The notes: a model not told the origin generated them from the sequence alone. A stretch of 64,000 bases of DNA from an uncultured bacterium (GCA_963749495.1 CAVVMW010000022.1:512001-576000); one strand, 5' to 3'. Positions 1-13,951 are shown, counted from the first letter of the stretch. Numbers and translations are program-made.

Positions 1-714
1 GACCCGGCCGTAGAGCAGGGCGATCCAGCGCAACGGCAGGCGCATTGCCATGGGGGTGCTGAGCAGGATGTTGGGCTTGACCTCAAGGGTCTCCAGCTCG
101 ATGTCGGGCTGATAGAAGCGGTTGAAGAGCACCAGGCCGTTGGCGCCGCACTGCTCCAGGCGCTTGGCCATGTAGGCGAAGTTGGTGAAGAATGGGCTGA
201 GCTTGACGGCCACCGGCATGGTCACCACCGCTTTGACCGCCTTGAGGATGTCGAGATAGGTCTGCTCGATTTGGGCGGAGGAGACGCTCATGTCCGTGGG
301 GATGTAATAGATGTTGAGCTCGAGGGCGTCGGCGCCGGCCTCCTGGATGGCCTTGGCGTGGGCGGTCCAACTGCCGGCGGACGAGCCGTTGAGGCTGGCG
401 ATGATGGGGATGCCGGTGGTTTTCTTGGCCTTGGAGATGTGCTCGAGGTATTCCTCCGGGCCGAGCCGGAACTGGTCGGGCTCGGGGAAATAGGTCAGGG
501 CCTCGGGGAAGCTGTAGGTGCCCTGTTCCATGTGACGGTCCAACTCGGCGCGGTCCTGGCGCAACTGCTCCTCGAAGAGGGAAGCCAGGACGATGGCGGA
601 GGCGCCGGCGTCTTCCATGGCCTTGATGGTGTCGAGGTCCTCGGAGAGCGGCGATGCGGAAGGGACCAGCGGCGTGCGCAGTTTTAGCCCGAGGTACGCG
701 GTAGAGAGATCCAT
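1..714 (-). CDS. dihydroorotate dehydrogenase-like protein (3' end runs off window)
   Basis: Manual translation from ATG at 714: MDLSTAYLGLKLRTPLVPSASPLSEDLDTIKAMEDAGASAIVLASLFEEQL...IASLNG...ALELNIY...VAVKLSPFF...LVLFNRFYQPD. This family is typically found downstream of nifJ. Not in the ORF track. Confidence 0.88.
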   Translation of the reverse strand, partial: MDLSTAYLGLKLRTPLVPSASPLSEDLDTIKAMEDAGASAIVLASLFEEQLRQDRAELDRHMEQGTYSFPEALTYFPEPDQFRLGPEEYLEHISKAKKTTGIPIIASLNGSSAGSWTAHAKAIQEAGADALELNIYYIPTDMSVSSAQIEQTYLDILKAVKAVVTMPVAVKLSPFFTNFAYMAKRLEQCGANGLVLFNRFYQPDIELETLEVKPNILLSTPMAMRLPLRWIALLYGRV

Positions 715-756
715 AATGATATATGACCGGGATTTGCGGCGGGATGGTTATTTCGA

Positions 757-830
757 TGAAACGTGAAACGTGAAACGTGATGCGTGAAACGTGAAACGTG
801 AAACGTGATGCGTGAAACGTGAAACGCGTG
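757..830. repeat. 7-bp tandem repeat (GAAACGT)n with GATGCGT variants
   Basis: About 10 units visible between PFOR and the DHOD-like gene. Confidence 0.9.
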
Positions 831-857
831 GGATTGAGGTTTCCGGCGGGATGGTTG

Positions 858-3800
858 TTACGATTGCGGTTGGGCCGGAGACTGGGGTTTGGCCGCGGCC
901 GGCGGGCCATTCTTGAAGTCGCGCCCGGCCAGGTACTGGTAGTAGAGCCAGCGCCGGTCGGCATCCTGTTGGGCCTGGGCGAAGAACTTCTTGGCATCGT
1001 CGGGCTTGCTCTTGGTGAGCATCTTGAAGCGGTTCTCGGAGAGGAGGAAGTCCTCGACCTTGGTCTTGGCGGCGGCCGAATCGAGCAGGAGCGGGTTTTC
1101 GCCCCGTTCGGCGCGGCGCGGGTCGAAGCGGTAGAGCAGCCATTGGCCGGACTCGACGGCCAGGCGCTGCTGGCGGGCGCCGACGCCGCGGTCGACGTCG
1201 ATGCCGTGGGCGATGCAGTGGCTGTAAGCGATGATGAGCGAGGGGCCCGGGTAGGACTCGGCCTCGATGAAGGCCCGGAGGGTCTGCTCGTCCTTGGCGC
1301 CCATGGCCACGCTGGCCACGTACACACTGCCGTAAGCCATGGCGATGAGTCCGAGGTCTTTTTTGCGCAGCGGTTTGCCCCCGGCGGCAAATTTGGCGAC
1401 CGCGCCGCGCGGGGTCGACTTCGAGCACTGCCCGCCGGTATTGGAATAGACCTCGGTGTCGAGGACCAGGACGTTGACGTTGCGACCGCTGGCCAGGACA
1501 TGGTCCAGGCCGCCGTAGCCGATGTCGTAGGCCCAGCCGTCGCCGCCGATGACCCAGACGCTGCGCCGCACCAGGTTGTCGGCAATGGCCAAGAGCATCC
1601 TGGCGTCGCTGCCGGTCTGGCCGGCCAGCTTCTGTTTGAGGGCGGCGACGCGCTCGCGCTGCTCATAGATGCCCGCCTCGTCGGTCTGGACGGCCTGGAG
1701 GATGCCGGTGACGAAGTCGTCGCCGAGCTTCGGGGCAAGCCTTTGGAGCAGTTCGCCGGCGAACTCCTTCTGCTTGTCGATCGAGGCGCGGAAGCCCAGC
1801 CCGAACTCAGCGTTGTCCTCGAAGAGCGAGTTGTTCCAGGTGGGGCCGCGGCCGTCCTGGTTGTGGGCATATGGGGTGGTAGGCAGGTTGCCGCCGTAGA
1901 TCGAGGAGCAGCCGGTGGCGTTGCCGGCGACGATGCGGTCGCCAAAGAGCTGGGTGAGCAACTTCAGGTAGGGGGTCTCGCCGCAGCCGGCGCAGGCGCC
2001 GCTGAACTCGAAGAGCGGCTCCATGACCTGCTGCTGGCGCAGTTGGGTGAGCCTGACCTTGCGCCGGTCCATTTCGGGCAGGGCCAGGAAGAAGTTGAAG
2101 TTGTCCCGTTCGGTCAGGCGGAGCGGGGGCTGGGGACGCATGTTGATGGCCTTGAGCTTGACCTCGGTCTTGTTCTTTGCCGGGCAGACCTCGACGCAGA
2201 GGCAACAGCCGGTGCAGTCTTCCGGGGCGACCTGGAGGGTCCACTTGAGGCCCTTCCATTCCGGGGCGCGGGCGTCGGTGCTCTTGAAGGTGGGCGGGGC
2301 GCCGGCCAGCCGGGCCGGGTCGTAGGCCTTCATGCGGATCGAGGCATGAGGGCAGATGGCGACGCACTTGCCGCATTGGATGCAGGTCTTTTCGTCCCAC
2401 ACGGGGATTTCGACGGCCAGATTGCGTTTCTCGTAGCGCGCGGTGCCGGTGGGGAATGTGCCGTCGGGCCGGAAGGCGCTCACGGGCAGCTCATCGCCGC
2501 GGTTGCCATAGATGACGCCCAGGGTCCGGGCGATTTCGGCGGGGGCGTCCGCGGTAAAGGGCGGAGGCAGTTCGTGGAGGCTGCTGGGCTGGGCGGGGAC
2601 TTTGACCTCGAAGAGGTTGGCGAGGGTCTGGTCCACGGCGGCGATGTTTTGCTGGACGACCTCCTCGCCCTTGCGGCCGTAAGTCTTCTTGATGGTGTAC
2701 TTGATTTGGTCGATGGCCTGGTCGCGGGGCAGGACGCCCGACAGGGCGAAGAAGCAGGTCTGCATGATGGTGTTGATGCGGGAGCCCATGCCCGTGGCGC
2801 GGGCGACACTCAGGGCATCGATGACATAGAACTTGACCTTCTTTTTGATGAGGCCCTCCTGGACGGGCCGGGGGAGTTTGTCCCAGACCGCCTCAGGGCT
2901 GTAGGGGGAATTGAGCAGGAATGTGCCGCCCGCAACCAGGGGCTGGAGCATGTCGTAGCGGTCCAGGAAGACCGGCTGGTGGCAGGCGACGAAATTGGCG
3001 CTGGAGACCAGGTAGGTCGAGCGAATGGGACTGGGCCCGAAGCGGAGGTGCGAGATCGTGACCGCGCCGGCCTTCTTGGAGTCATAGACAAAGTAACCCT
3101 GCGCGTAGTTGTCGGTGTTCTCGCCGATGATCTTGATGGAGTTCTTGTTGGCGCCGACGGTGCCATCGGAACCGAGGCCGTAAAAGAGGGCGCGAACGAC
3201 CTGGTCCGGCTCGGTCGAGAAATCCGGGTCGCAGTCCAGGCTGACGTGGCTGACGTCGTCGGTGATGCCGACCGTGAAATGGTTTTTTGGGCTGGGGGCG
3301 GCCAGGTTATCCAGGGCGGCCTTGACCATGACCGGGGTGAACTCCTTGGAGGAGAGGCCGTAACGCCCGCACAGGACCCTGGGCATGGAGCGGAGCCGGC
3401 CCCAGCCGGAGGCCAGGCCCTCGTTGAGGGCGGCGACGACGTCCAGATAGAGCGGCTCGCCCTGGGACCCGGGTTCCTTGGTCCGGTCCAGGACAGCGAT
3501 GGACCTGACGCTGGAGGGGAGGGCCTCGATGAGGCGCCGGGGATCGAACGGGCGGAAGAGGCGGACCTTGAGGACGCCGGCCTTGCAGCCGCGCTGGTTG
3601 AGGTATTCGACGGTCTCGTGGGCGGTTTCGCAGCCGGAGCCCATCAGGATGACGACCCGCTCGGCGTCCGGGTGGCCGACGTACTGGAAGGGTTTATAGC
3701 AGCGCCCGGTCAGGGCGGCGAAGCGGTCCATGACCTGCTCGACGATGTCCGGGCATCTGGCATAGAACGGGTTGCAGGACTCGCGGGCCTGGAAGAAGAC

Positions 3801-4520
3801 GTCGGGGTTCTGGGCGGTGCCGCGCAGGACGGGGCGGTCCGGGTTCATGGCGCGCTGGCGGTGGGCGATGACGAAATCCTCGTTGATCATGGCGCGCATG
3901 ACCTCCTCGCCGACCATGGCGATCTTGGAGACCTCGTGCGAGGTGCGGAAGCCGTCGAAGAAGTGGAGGAAGGGGATGCGGCTTTCGAGCGTGGCGGCCT
4001 GGGCGATGAGGGCAAAGTCCATGGCCTCCTGGACGCTGGCGGAGCTGAGCATGGCAAACCCGGTGGTCCGGGCGGCCATGACGTCGCTGTGGTCGCCGAA
4101 GATGGACAAGGCATGGGTGGCCAGGGTGCGGGCGGAGATGTGGAAGACCGCCGGGGTGAGTTCGCCGGCGATCTTGAACATGTTGGGGATCTTGAGCAGC
4201 AGGCCCTGGGAGGCGGTGAAGGTGCAGGTCAAGGCGCCGGTCTGGAGGGCGCCGTGGACGGCGCCGGCCGCGCCGCCTTCGCTTTGCATCTCAACGACCT
4301 GGGGGATGGTGCCCCAGAGGTTGCGCACCCCCTCGGAGGCCCACTGATCGCACCATTCACCCATGTTCGAGGAGGGCGTGATCGGGTAAATGCCCATGAC
4401 TTCGTTGCAGCGATAGGCCACATAGGCCACCGCTTCGTTGCCATCCAGGGTCTTGTACTCGACGCCATTGGCGGCCGGGGTGTGGTCGGGGGTGTGAACG
4501 GGTGAAGGCTTGGCGGACAT
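858..4520 (-). CDS. nifJ: pyruvate:ferredoxin (flavodoxin) oxidoreductase
   Basis: 1220 aa; YPITPSS, EMQSEGGAAGAVHG, two 4Fe-4S motifs (CIQCGKCVAICP; CTGCCLCVEVCP), FSGACAGCGETPY, GGDGWAYDIG TPP motif. Confidence 0.97.
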   Translation of the reverse strand: MSAKPSPVHTPDHTPAANGVEYKTLDGNEAVAYVAYRCNEVMGIYPITPSSNMGEWCDQWASEGVRNLWGTIPQVVEMQSEGGAAGAVHGALQTGALTCTFTASQGLLLKIPNMFKIAGELTPAVFHISARTLATHALSIFGDHSDVMAARTTGFAMLSSASVQEAMDFALIAQAATLESRIPFLHFFDGFRTSHEVSKIAMVGEEVMRAMINEDFVIAHRQRAMNPDRPVLRGTAQNPDVFFQARESCNPFYARCPDIVEQVMDRFAALTGRCYKPFQYVGHPDAERVVILMGSGCETAHETVEYLNQRGCKAGVLKVRLFRPFDPRRLIEALPSSVRSIAVLDRTKEPGSQGEPLYLDVVAALNEGLASGWGRLRSMPRVLCGRYGLSSKEFTPVMVKAALDNLAAPSPKNHFTVGITDDVSHVSLDCDPDFSTEPDQVVRALFYGLGSDGTVGANKNSIKIIGENTDNYAQGYFVYDSKKAGAVTISHLRFGPSPIRSTYLVSSANFVACHQPVFLDRYDMLQPLVAGGTFLLNSPYSPEAVWDKLPRPVQEGLIKKKVKFYVIDALSVARATGMGSRINTIMQTCFFALSGVLPRDQAIDQIKYTIKKTYGRKGEEVVQQNIAAVDQTLANLFEVKVPAQPSSLHELPPPFTADAPAEIARTLGVIYGNRGDELPVSAFRPDGTFPTGTARYEKRNLAVEIPVWDEKTCIQCGKCVAICPHASIRMKAYDPARLAGAPPTFKSTDARAPEWKGLKWTLQVAPEDCTGCCLCVEVCPAKNKTEVKLKAINMRPQPPLRLTERDNFNFFLALPEMDRRKVRLTQLRQQQVMEPLFEFSGACAGCGETPYLKLLTQLFGDRIVAGNATGCSSIYGGNLPTTPYAHNQDGRGPTWNNSLFEDNAEFGLGFRASIDKQKEFAGELLQRLAPKLGDDFVTGILQAVQTDEAGIYEQRERVAALKQKLAGQTGSDARMLLAIADNLVRRSVWVIGGDGWAYDIGYGGLDHVLASGRNVNVLVLDTEVYSNTGGQCSKSTPRGAVAKFAAGGKPLRKKDLGLIAMAYGSVYVASVAMGAKDEQTLRAFIEAESYPGPSLIIAYSHCIAHGIDVDRGVGARQQRLAVESGQWLLYRFDPRRAERGENPLLLDSAAAKTKVEDFLLSENRFKMLTKSKPDDAKKFFAQAQQDADRRWLYYQYLAGRDFKNGPPAAAKPQSPAQPQS

Positions 4521-4553
4521 AATCGATGGAATTCGGAAGATTGCAGGTGCGGG

Positions 4554-7340
4554 TTAGAGAAGGATTTCGGCGCGGAAGTCCGCATCGGCGGCCTCCCGGT
4601 TGAGTTGGAAGCCGACGCGTTTGGCGACGTGCTGCATGGCGTGGTTTTCCTTGAGCATGGTGGCGCTGATGCGCTCCAGTTTCTCCTGGCGCCCAATCTC
4701 GACCAGGCGCTTGAGCAATTCGGTGCCCAGGCCCTGGCGCTGCCAGTGGTCGCTGATGATCAGGGCGAACTCCGCCTCGTTGAGCCCCCGCAGCTTGCTC
4801 AGCCGCCCCACCCCCAGGATTTCCACCGCCCCGGACTTGGCGTCCTTGTGCTCGGCTACCAGGGGGATCTCACGGTCGTAGTCGTTGAAGCACATGCGCG
4901 TCAGGCGCTCGTGGGCGATGCGCTGGTCCAGCTTGAGCTGGGTGAAGTAGCGGTAATAGACGCTCTCCTCGGACAGCGTTTCATGGAATTTCACCATGAT
5001 AGGCTCGTCCTCGGGGCGAATGGGGCGGATGACGACTGTGGCGCCGCTCTTCAAGGTCCAGGGCCCGACGTATTGGGTGGGGTAAGGCCGGATGGCGGGG
5101 GCCGGCAGCTTGTCCTCGGTGAGGCCCTTGCCGTGGAGCACCACGCGCGCGTCCAGGGCGATCAGCCGCTCGGACGAGGCCAGGAGCGGGTTGATATCGA
5201 TCTCGGCAATCCACGGCTGCTCGACCACCAACTGGCTGAAGCGCACCAGCAGTTCCTCCAGGGCGGGGAGGTTGACCGGTTTGCGGCCGCGCACGCCCTT
5301 GAGGGCCTGGAAGATGTGGGTCTGCTCCATCATCCGGCGGGCGAGCGTGGCATTGAGGGGAGGCAGGCCCAGGGAGCGGTCCTTGAAGACCTCGACCAAC
5401 TGGCCGCCGGCCCCGAAGAGCAGCACCGGGCCGAATTGCGGGTCCTGGCTGCTGCCGATGATCAACTCGTAGCCGTTGAGGTTGATCATGGGCTGGACGG
5501 TCACGCCCAGGAAATGCTCTTTGCCGGCGCGCTTCTCGACCGAGGTGGCGATGAGGTTCCAGGCGCGGCGCACCGCCGTGGCGGCGCGCAGGTTGAGCTG
5601 CACCCCGCCCACGTCGGTCTTGTGGGTGATCGTCTCCGAATAGAGCTTGAGCACGACCGGATAGCCGATCTCCTCGGCCAGCTTGACGGCGCTCTCCTCG
5701 GTCTTGGCGACGCGGGTGTCAACGGTGGGAATGCCGTAGGCGCTGAGGAGTTGCTTGGACTCGAACTCGGTGAGGATAGTGCGGTCCTGCTTGCGGACGG
5801 TCTGGATGAGGGTCCCGGCCTTGGCGCGGCCGGCGGCATCGGCGCTTTGATCGGCCAGCAGGGCGGGCGTTTCGTAGAGCGAGCGCAGGTTATACGTGTA
5901 GCGATACATGTAGTGGAAGGCGCGGGCGGCGGTATCCGGGTACTTGAAGGTGGGGATGCCGGCCTCGTTGAGGATGTCCTCGCCGGGCTCGACCTCTTTG
6001 CCGCCCATCCAGCAGGCCAGCAGCGGTTTGCCGGTCGCCTTGGCGTAGGGCTTCAACTGTTCGGCGGTGCCGGTGGGGTCGGTCATCGCCTGCGGTGTGA
6101 GGATGATGAGCATGCCGTCGCTGCCGGGGTCGGCGGCGGCGATTTGCACCGCCTTGGCGTAGCGCTCGGGGCCGGCGTCGCCCAGGATGTCGATGGGATT
6201 GTTGTGGCTCCAGGCGGGCGGGAGCAGCTTGTTGAATTCGGCCATGGTTTGAGCCGAAGGCTCGGCCAGGCACCCGCCGCTGCTGATGAGCATGTCGGTG
6301 GCCAGCACGCCCGGGCCGCCGGCGTTGGTGAGGATGGTCAGGCGCGGACCCGAGGGGCGCGGCTGCTTGGCCAGGACCTCGGCCATGTGGAACAGTTCGG
6401 CGATGGTCTCGACGCGCAGGACGCCGACGCGGCGGAAGGCGGCCTGGAAGACCTCGTCGCTGCCGGTCAGCGCGCCGGTGTGGGAGGCGGCGGCTTTGGC
6501 AGCCGCTTCGGTGCACCCGACCTTGATAACGATGATCGGCTTGGTCAGGGCCACCTCGCGGGCGGCGGAGAGGAAGTAGCGGGCGTCGCCGATCGATTCC
6601 ATGTAAAGGATGATGCTCTTGGTGTGGGGATCGTCGCCCAGGTAATAGATCAGGTCGCCCCAGTTCACATCGAGCATCGAACCGATCGAGACGAAGGCGC
6701 TGAAGCCGACGTTTTCACGCAAGGACCAGTCGAGAATGGCGGTGCAGAGGGCGCCGCTTTGGCTGATGAAGCCCAGGCTGCCAGGCAGGGCGATCGTGCC
6801 GGCGAAGGTGGCATTGAGGCCGATGTGCGGCATCATCACCCCGAGGCAATTCGGGCCGATCAGGCGCATCTTGCCCCGGCGGGCCTCCGCCAGGACCTTG
6901 CGCTCCAGTTCCACTCCGGCCGCGCCCGTCTCCTTGAAGCCGGCCGAGATGATGACCGCGGCCGGCACCCCCGCGTCGGCGCACTCACCGATCAGGCCCG
7001 GCGCGGTGCCGGCGGGGGTCGTGATGACCGCCAAATCCACCTTCTCCGGGACGGCGGCGATGTTCGGATAGGCCTTGACGCACAGGACACTGGAGCGTTT
7101 GGGATTCACGGGATAGACCGTGCCGCCAAAGCCGCCCCGGCCCAAGTTTTGAAAGACGGTGCGGCCAACGCTGCCTTTGTTCTCGGTAGCTCCGATCACG
7201 GCAACCACCTTGGGAGCGAGGATCGAATCCAGGGGGTGCCGCCGCACATGGCGCAGAATGTCATGCGCCGGTTCGGCACGGTGAGTCGTGGGGGGAGCCG
7301 TGGTGGGGGTCGTGGTGGGGGTCGTGGTGGGGGTCTGCAT
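4554..7340 (-). CDS. bifunctional acetate-CoA ligase (ADP-forming) family / GNAT acetyltransferase (Pat-like)
   Basis: CoA-binding domain ([34 protein letters not shown]), ATP-grasp ([13 protein letters not shown]), C-terminal GNAT (RPIRPEDE...[11 protein letters not shown]). Confidence 0.93.
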   Translation of the reverse strand: MQTPTTTPTTTPTTAPPTTHRAEPAHDILRHVRRHPLDSILAPKVVAVIGATENKGSVGRTVFQNLGRGGFGGTVYPVNPKRSSVLCVKAYPNIAAVPEKVDLAVITTPAGTAPGLIGECADAGVPAAVIISAGFKETGAAGVELERKVLAEARRGKMRLIGPNCLGVMMPHIGLNATFAGTIALPGSLGFISQSGALCTAILDWSLRENVGFSAFVSIGSMLDVNWGDLIYYLGDDPHTKSIILYMESIGDARYFLSAAREVALTKPIIVIKVGCTEAAAKAAASHTGALTGSDEVFQAAFRRVGVLRVETIAELFHMAEVLAKQPRPSGPRLTILTNAGGPGVLATDMLISSGGCLAEPSAQTMAEFNKLLPPAWSHNNPIDILGDAGPERYAKAVQIAAADPGSDGMLIILTPQAMTDPTGTAEQLKPYAKATGKPLLACWMGGKEVEPGEDILNEAGIPTFKYPDTAARAFHYMYRYTYNLRSLYETPALLADQSADAAGRAKAGTLIQTVRKQDRTILTEFESKQLLSAYGIPTVDTRVAKTEESAVKLAEEIGYPVVLKLYSETITHKTDVGGVQLNLRAATAVRRAWNLIATSVEKRAGKEHFLGVTVQPMINLNGYELIIGSSQDPQFGPVLLFGAGGQLVEVFKDRSLGLPPLNATLARRMMEQTHIFQALKGVRGRKPVNLPALEELLVRFSQLVVEQPWIAEIDINPLLASSERLIALDARVVLHGKGLTEDKLPAPAIRPYPTQYVGPWTLKSGATVVIRPIRPEDEPIMVKFHETLSEESVYYRYFTQLKLDQRIAHERLTRMCFNDYDREIPLVAEHKDAKSGAVEILGVGRLSKLRGLNEAEFALIISDHWQRQGLGTELLKRLVEIGRQEKLERISATMLKENHAMQHVAKRVGFQLNREAADADFRAEILL

Positions 7341-7592
7341 GAGATTATTTTAATTAAGCTGCTTGTCTCTTGCCAAAATCAAGTCTGTCGAGTCTAACAC
7401 TAATCAAGAATGTGCCGCAAAGGCAATTTCCGGGTGCCGGTTTTCATCCCGCACTCAGAACTGTGCCGCCGCCGCCGCTCGCCGACTTCACCGGCCTTGG
7501 CATTTGCTTATCATATTTTGACCATCGTTGCGTGACGCCGTTTGGGTGGAAGGAGCCGGGGCGCAGGAATTCCGGCAAGAGGCGGGTCACGG

Positions 7593-7683
7593 GTCAGTGA
7601 AGGCGGAGGCGGAGTCTCCTGGCGGACCCCTCACTCCAACCCTCTCCCCTTCCGAAGGGGTGAAGGAGAAGGGTCGGCAGTCG
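7593..7683. repeat. palindromic intergenic repeat family A (CCCTCACCCC...CCCTCTCCCCTTCCGAAGGGG), partial copy
   Basis: Matches copies at 21193-21403, 25665-25700 and 52593-52780. Confidence 0.8.
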
Positions 7684-7739
7684 CCTGAGCCTCGTGGACC
7701 ATGAACCGGATGGTGACCGCGCGGACCCAGACGCGAACC

Positions 7740-7820
7740 GTTTTGAACTGCGGCAGTCCTCTGCCGCTTTTGGGAGCCCGGGGAGGCCCAAAGCGGCACA
7801 GGCGTGACGCAGTCCAAAAC
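7740..7820. repeat. REP-like palindromic repeat family B (TTTTGGACTGCGGCAGTCCTCTGCCGCTTT), inverted pair
   Basis: Same unit at 29321-29421 and 48539-48617. Confidence 0.85.
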
Positions 7821-7882
7821 CTTGCGGACTTCGGGAGGTTCATGGCGAGGGGTGAGGCTCGCGGGCTAATGGGGTCCCAACC

Positions 7883-7922
7883 ACATTCGTCATTCGTCAT
7901 TCGTCATTCGTCATTCGTCATT
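7883..7922. repeat. 7-bp tandem repeat (CATTCGT)n
   Basis: 5-6 units immediately downstream of acs. Confidence 0.9.
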
Positions 7923-7940
7923 CCCCACTCCGCACTCCCT

Positions 7941-9950
<2,010 letters not shown>

Positions 9951-9990
9951 AATACCTATGAAAGTGCCGCCGCCCGTCGCGGTTGGCAAA

Positions 9991-10021
9991 TAAAAAAGCC
10001 CATCTCCTGCTGAGATGGGCT
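9991..10021 (-). terminator. intrinsic terminator of the Ala-rich gene
   Basis: Minus strand AGCCCATCTC-agcag-GAGATGGGCT followed by a T run. Confidence 0.8.
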
Positions 10022-10058
10022 CGGAAAATGCAAACGGCTTAACCCAGCCGGAGCCGGA

Positions 10059-10793
10059 TTACGGATGGGCGTAAGGACGGGGCGCGCCCGGGACGCCGGA
10101 AGGTTTCGAGAACGAGGGGTCATCGCTGGTGGTCCCGGGCGGAGGCGTCACAAAGGGCGGGCCAATGACCGGCCCCCGCGCCGCCGACGGGTCGGAAGCA
10201 GAGGCCACCGCCGCCGCCATGGCCTGCTCCACGATCAGCGCCACGGGCGGGCTGTCGCTGGTGTTGGCAGCCAGCGCACTCTCGATGCTGGCCTTCAATT
10301 GCGGAAATGCGGCCGCCAAGGCCGCCAATACCGCCCGGTTGGAGCCGGGCGCCGCTTCGCTGGCCGCCACGGCCACCGCCCGGAGACTGCCGGGCACGGC
10401 GCGCGCGACCGCCACCGCTATCTTGGAGGCCTTGCCAGGAGCGGCGGCTGCTGCCGCCTTGGCAATCGCCACCGCCTGTTTGGGCTGCAGCCCGGCAGCG
10501 GTGCCGGCGGCCACTGGAGCCATCTCCGGGACCTTGCCGGAAATCGCGCTCACCACCGCAGGCGCGCTGGCCGGATTGGCCTGTACCGCCGCTTTGACCA
10601 CCTTGACCGTGACCGCGCTCCAGTCGCGGGCCTTGGTCTGTTTGACCAGCTCGGCAGCCTTGGCGGGCATTTCCGCGGCAGGCACCTTGCTCAAAATCCC
10701 GGTGTAGAGATTGGCCTTTGGAGCGTCAGCCCCGACCGCAGTCAGGGCAGCAACACATGCAAGACTTGACAGAATGATCGCAGTTCGTTTCAT
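10059..10793 (-). CDS. secreted Ala-rich helical-repeat hypothetical protein
   Basis: Signal peptide (MKRTAIILSSLACVAALTA), repeats of the AxxxPxxAxAIA type, Pro-rich tail; terminator downstream. Confidence 0.75.
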   Translation of the reverse strand: MKRTAIILSSLACVAALTAVGADAPKANLYTGILSKVPAAEMPAKAAELVKQTKARDWSAVTVKVVKAAVQANPASAPAVVSAISGKVPEMAPVAAGTAAGLQPKQAVAIAKAAAAAAPGKASKIAVAVARAVPGSLRAVAVAASEAAPGSNRAVLAALAAAFPQLKASIESALAANTSDSPPVALIVEQAMAAAVASASDPSAARGPVIGPPFVTPPPGTTSDDPSFSKPSGVPGAPRPYAHP

Positions 10794-11010
10794 AGCGTTC
10801 CCGTTGTAGAACACCGATTATACACTTTACAGAGATTGCCGTTTCTAACCCTGGCATTCTTAGCACCCCCGCGCCAGTGCGTCAATAATAAATTACAACT
10901 TTTTTTTTGGCACATTCGTGGCCGGATGCGCCCGAGGCGCGGGGGCGCATCCAGACACGGCCCCCCCGCACCTTCGAGATCCTGTCGGCAGACTTCAGAA
11001 ACCCTTTAAT

Positions 11011-11803
<793 letters not shown>

Positions 11804-11805
11804 AT

Positions 11806-12444
11806 ATGATGTTCGCATCGCGTGAAGATGCGGGACTGAGGCTGGGCCGCTATCTCAAAGAGGAGCAGATCCAGGCCGAGATAGTCCTGGGCTTGCCGCG
11901 TGGTGGCGTCATCGTCGCCGCCGGGGTGGCCCAGACACTGCAGTTGCCGCTGGACGTGCTCATCGTGCGCAAGCTCGGCCATCCCTTGCACCGGGAGTTC
12001 GCCGTCGGCGCCCTGGCCGAGGGGGACGTGGTGGTGCTGGACGCGGCTGCCGAGGCCATGAATCCGATGCTGCGCGCCATGCTCGGGGAGGTCATCGAGG
12101 AGGAAAAGCAGCGCCTGGCGCGCTACCAGGCCCGGTTTCATCCCCAGGGCCGCCCGATCCTGGACGGCAAGGCCGTGCTGCTCGTCGATGACGGCCTGGC
12201 AACCGGCGCCACGACCGAGGCGGCGGTAGCATCGGCCAGGAAACAACAGGCCCGGAGTGTGGTGGTGGCTGCGCCTGTGGCCTCGACCCACGCGGTCGAG
12301 CGGCTCCAACGCACGGCCGCCCACGTCAAGGTTCTGTTCGCCGACCCGGACTTCGATGCCGTGGGCCGGTATTACGACCAGTTTTCCCAAACTACCGACG
12401 AAGAGGTGCTGGAGGTGCTCCGGCGGGCGCGCGTCCGCCCCTGA
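11806..12444 (+). CDS. phosphoribosyltransferase family protein
   Basis: GLPRGGV, VRKLGHP, PRPP-binding LLVDDGLATGAT. Confidence 0.9.
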   Translation: MMFASREDAGLRLGRYLKEEQIQAEIVLGLPRGGVIVAAGVAQTLQLPLDVLIVRKLGHPLHREFAVGALAEGDVVVLDAAAEAMNPMLRAMLGEVIEEEKQRLARYQARFHPQGRPILDGKAVLLVDDGLATGATTEAAVASARKQQARSVVVAAPVASTHAVERLQRTAAHVKVLFADPDFDAVGRYYDQFSQTTDEEVLEVLRRARVRP

Positions 12445-12542
12445 GCGGCCTTCGCAGCCCGCTCGCGCCCCACATGTCCCTTTCCCAGGGTTCCGGGTTC
12501 CGGGTTTAGTCGCCCCGCAGCCCGCTCGCGCCCCGCAGGTCC

Positions 12543-12612
12543 CTTGTGTCGTTTATGTCGTTTTTGTCCCTTTTGTCCCTTGCTTCTCAAAGGGACAAAA
12601 GGGACAAAAAGG
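12543..12612. repeat. inverted pair of 9-bp tandem repeats (TTTTGTCCC)n/(GGGACAAAA)n
   Basis: Directly visible. Confidence 0.75.
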
Positions 12613-12683
12613 GCCAAAGCGACGCCAGCATGGTGGCCGCGTCGTGCATTTGACTCCGGGCCTGTTGGGGCTGATGGTGCAAT

Positions 12684-13772
12684 GTGATGCACCCGGATAC
12701 TGCGCTTGGGGAATATCTGCGTTTCGGCGCGGCCCAATCCCACCATTGGCTGGTATGGTTCACGTTGTTGCTGGGGCTTGCCAGGTGGGGGGCGGGCCTG
12801 GGCGCCGAGGCCGCGGAGCCGGGCGGCGCCGCGCCGCCTGGGCTGCTGCTGGTCGCCAATAAGGGAGATCGGACGCTGGGAATCATCGACCCGGCGGCTG
12901 GCCGCCAGGTCGCCGCCGTGGCCGAGGATGGGGTGACGGGCCATGAGGTGGCGGCTTCCCCCGACGGCAAACGCGCCTTTGTGCCGATCTACGGCAACTC
13001 GGGCGTCGGCCATGCCGGCACCGATGGGCGCCTGGTGCGGGTGATCGATCTGGCCTCGCGCCGGGTGGTGGGCACGGTGGATTTCGGCAGAGGCGTGCGC
13101 CCGCATTGCGCCGTGTTCGGCCCCAGGAACGGGCTGCTCTACGTGACGGCGGAATTGGAGAACACGGTGGCCGTCATCGATCCCCACACGCTCCAGATTG
13201 TCGAGAGCATTCCCACCGAGCAGGCAGAATCGCACATGCTGGCCATCACGCGCGACGGGCGCCGGGGCTATACCGCCAACGTCGGGCCCGGGACGGTCTC
13301 GGTCCTGGACCTGGAGGCAAAGAAGACGGTGGCGGTCATCCCGGTCTCCAGCGTGGTCCAGCGTGTCTCGATCTCGGTGGATGACCGCCGGGTCTTCACC
13401 GCCGACCAGTCCAGTCCGCGCCTGGCAGTAATCGACACGGCGGAAAACCGGGTGAAAAGCTGGGTCTCGCTCCCCGGCACCGGTTACGGGACGGCCCCCA
13501 CGCCGGACGGGCGCTGGCTGCTGGTCGCGCTCATCGGCGCCCAGCAGGTGGGGGTGGTGGACCTTCAGTCGCTGGAGGTAGCCCGCAGGCTGGACGTGCC
13601 CCAGGCGCCCCAGGAGGTCCTGGTCCGGCCCGACGGCGCCGTGGCCTACGTCTCCTGTGATGCCAGCCGCCAGGTCGCTGTCATTGACTTGAAGCTCTGG
13701 AAAGTCGAGCGGCTGATCCCGGCCGGCGCGGGCGCCGACGGCCTCGCCTGGGCCGGCACGCCGGCGGATTGA
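12684..13772 (+). CDS. YncE/YVTN-type beta-propeller protein, probably exported
   Basis: Repeated V(A/S)VID...(S/T)PDG blades; hydrophobic N-terminus; start uncertain. Confidence 0.85.
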   Translation: MMHPDTALGEYLRFGAAQSHHWLVWFTLLLGLARWGAGLGAEAAEPGGAAPPGLLLVANKGDRTLGIIDPAAGRQVAAVAEDGVTGHEVAASPDGKRAFVPIYGNSGVGHAGTDGRLVRVIDLASRRVVGTVDFGRGVRPHCAVFGPRNGLLYVTAELENTVAVIDPHTLQIVESIPTEQAESHMLAITRDGRRGYTANVGPGTVSVLDLEAKKTVAVIPVSSVVQRVSISVDDRRVFTADQSSPRLAVIDTAENRVKSWVSLPGTGYGTAPTPDGRWLLVALIGAQQVGVVDLQSLEVARRLDVPQAPQEVLVRPDGAVAYVSCDASRQVAVIDLKLWKVERLIPAGAGADGLAWAGTPAD

Positions 13773-13935
13773 TGGATTAGTGGATTGATGGATTGATGGA
13801 TTGTTGGCCGCCCCCAAGCAATCCCGGCGTCCCCATCGCCAATCCGCCAATCCATCAATCCCCTCCCGAGCGGTCCCGGCGTCCCCATCGCCAATCCGCC
13901 AATCCACCAATCCACTAATCCACCAATCCATCAAT
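13766..13935. repeat. inverted 8-bp tandem repeat arms (GGATTGAT)n...(CAATCCAT)n with an internal ~33-bp duplication
   Basis: TCCCGGCGTCCCCATCGCCAATCCGCCAATCCA occurs twice. Confidence 0.85.
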
Positions 13936-13951
13936 GCGTCTGATAGGCTCC

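Noticed and set aside
7360..7420. FNR or sigma54 site upstream of the Pat-like/PFOR genes
   Set aside because: Only TTGAT half-sites, and the GG-N10-GC spacing is wrong
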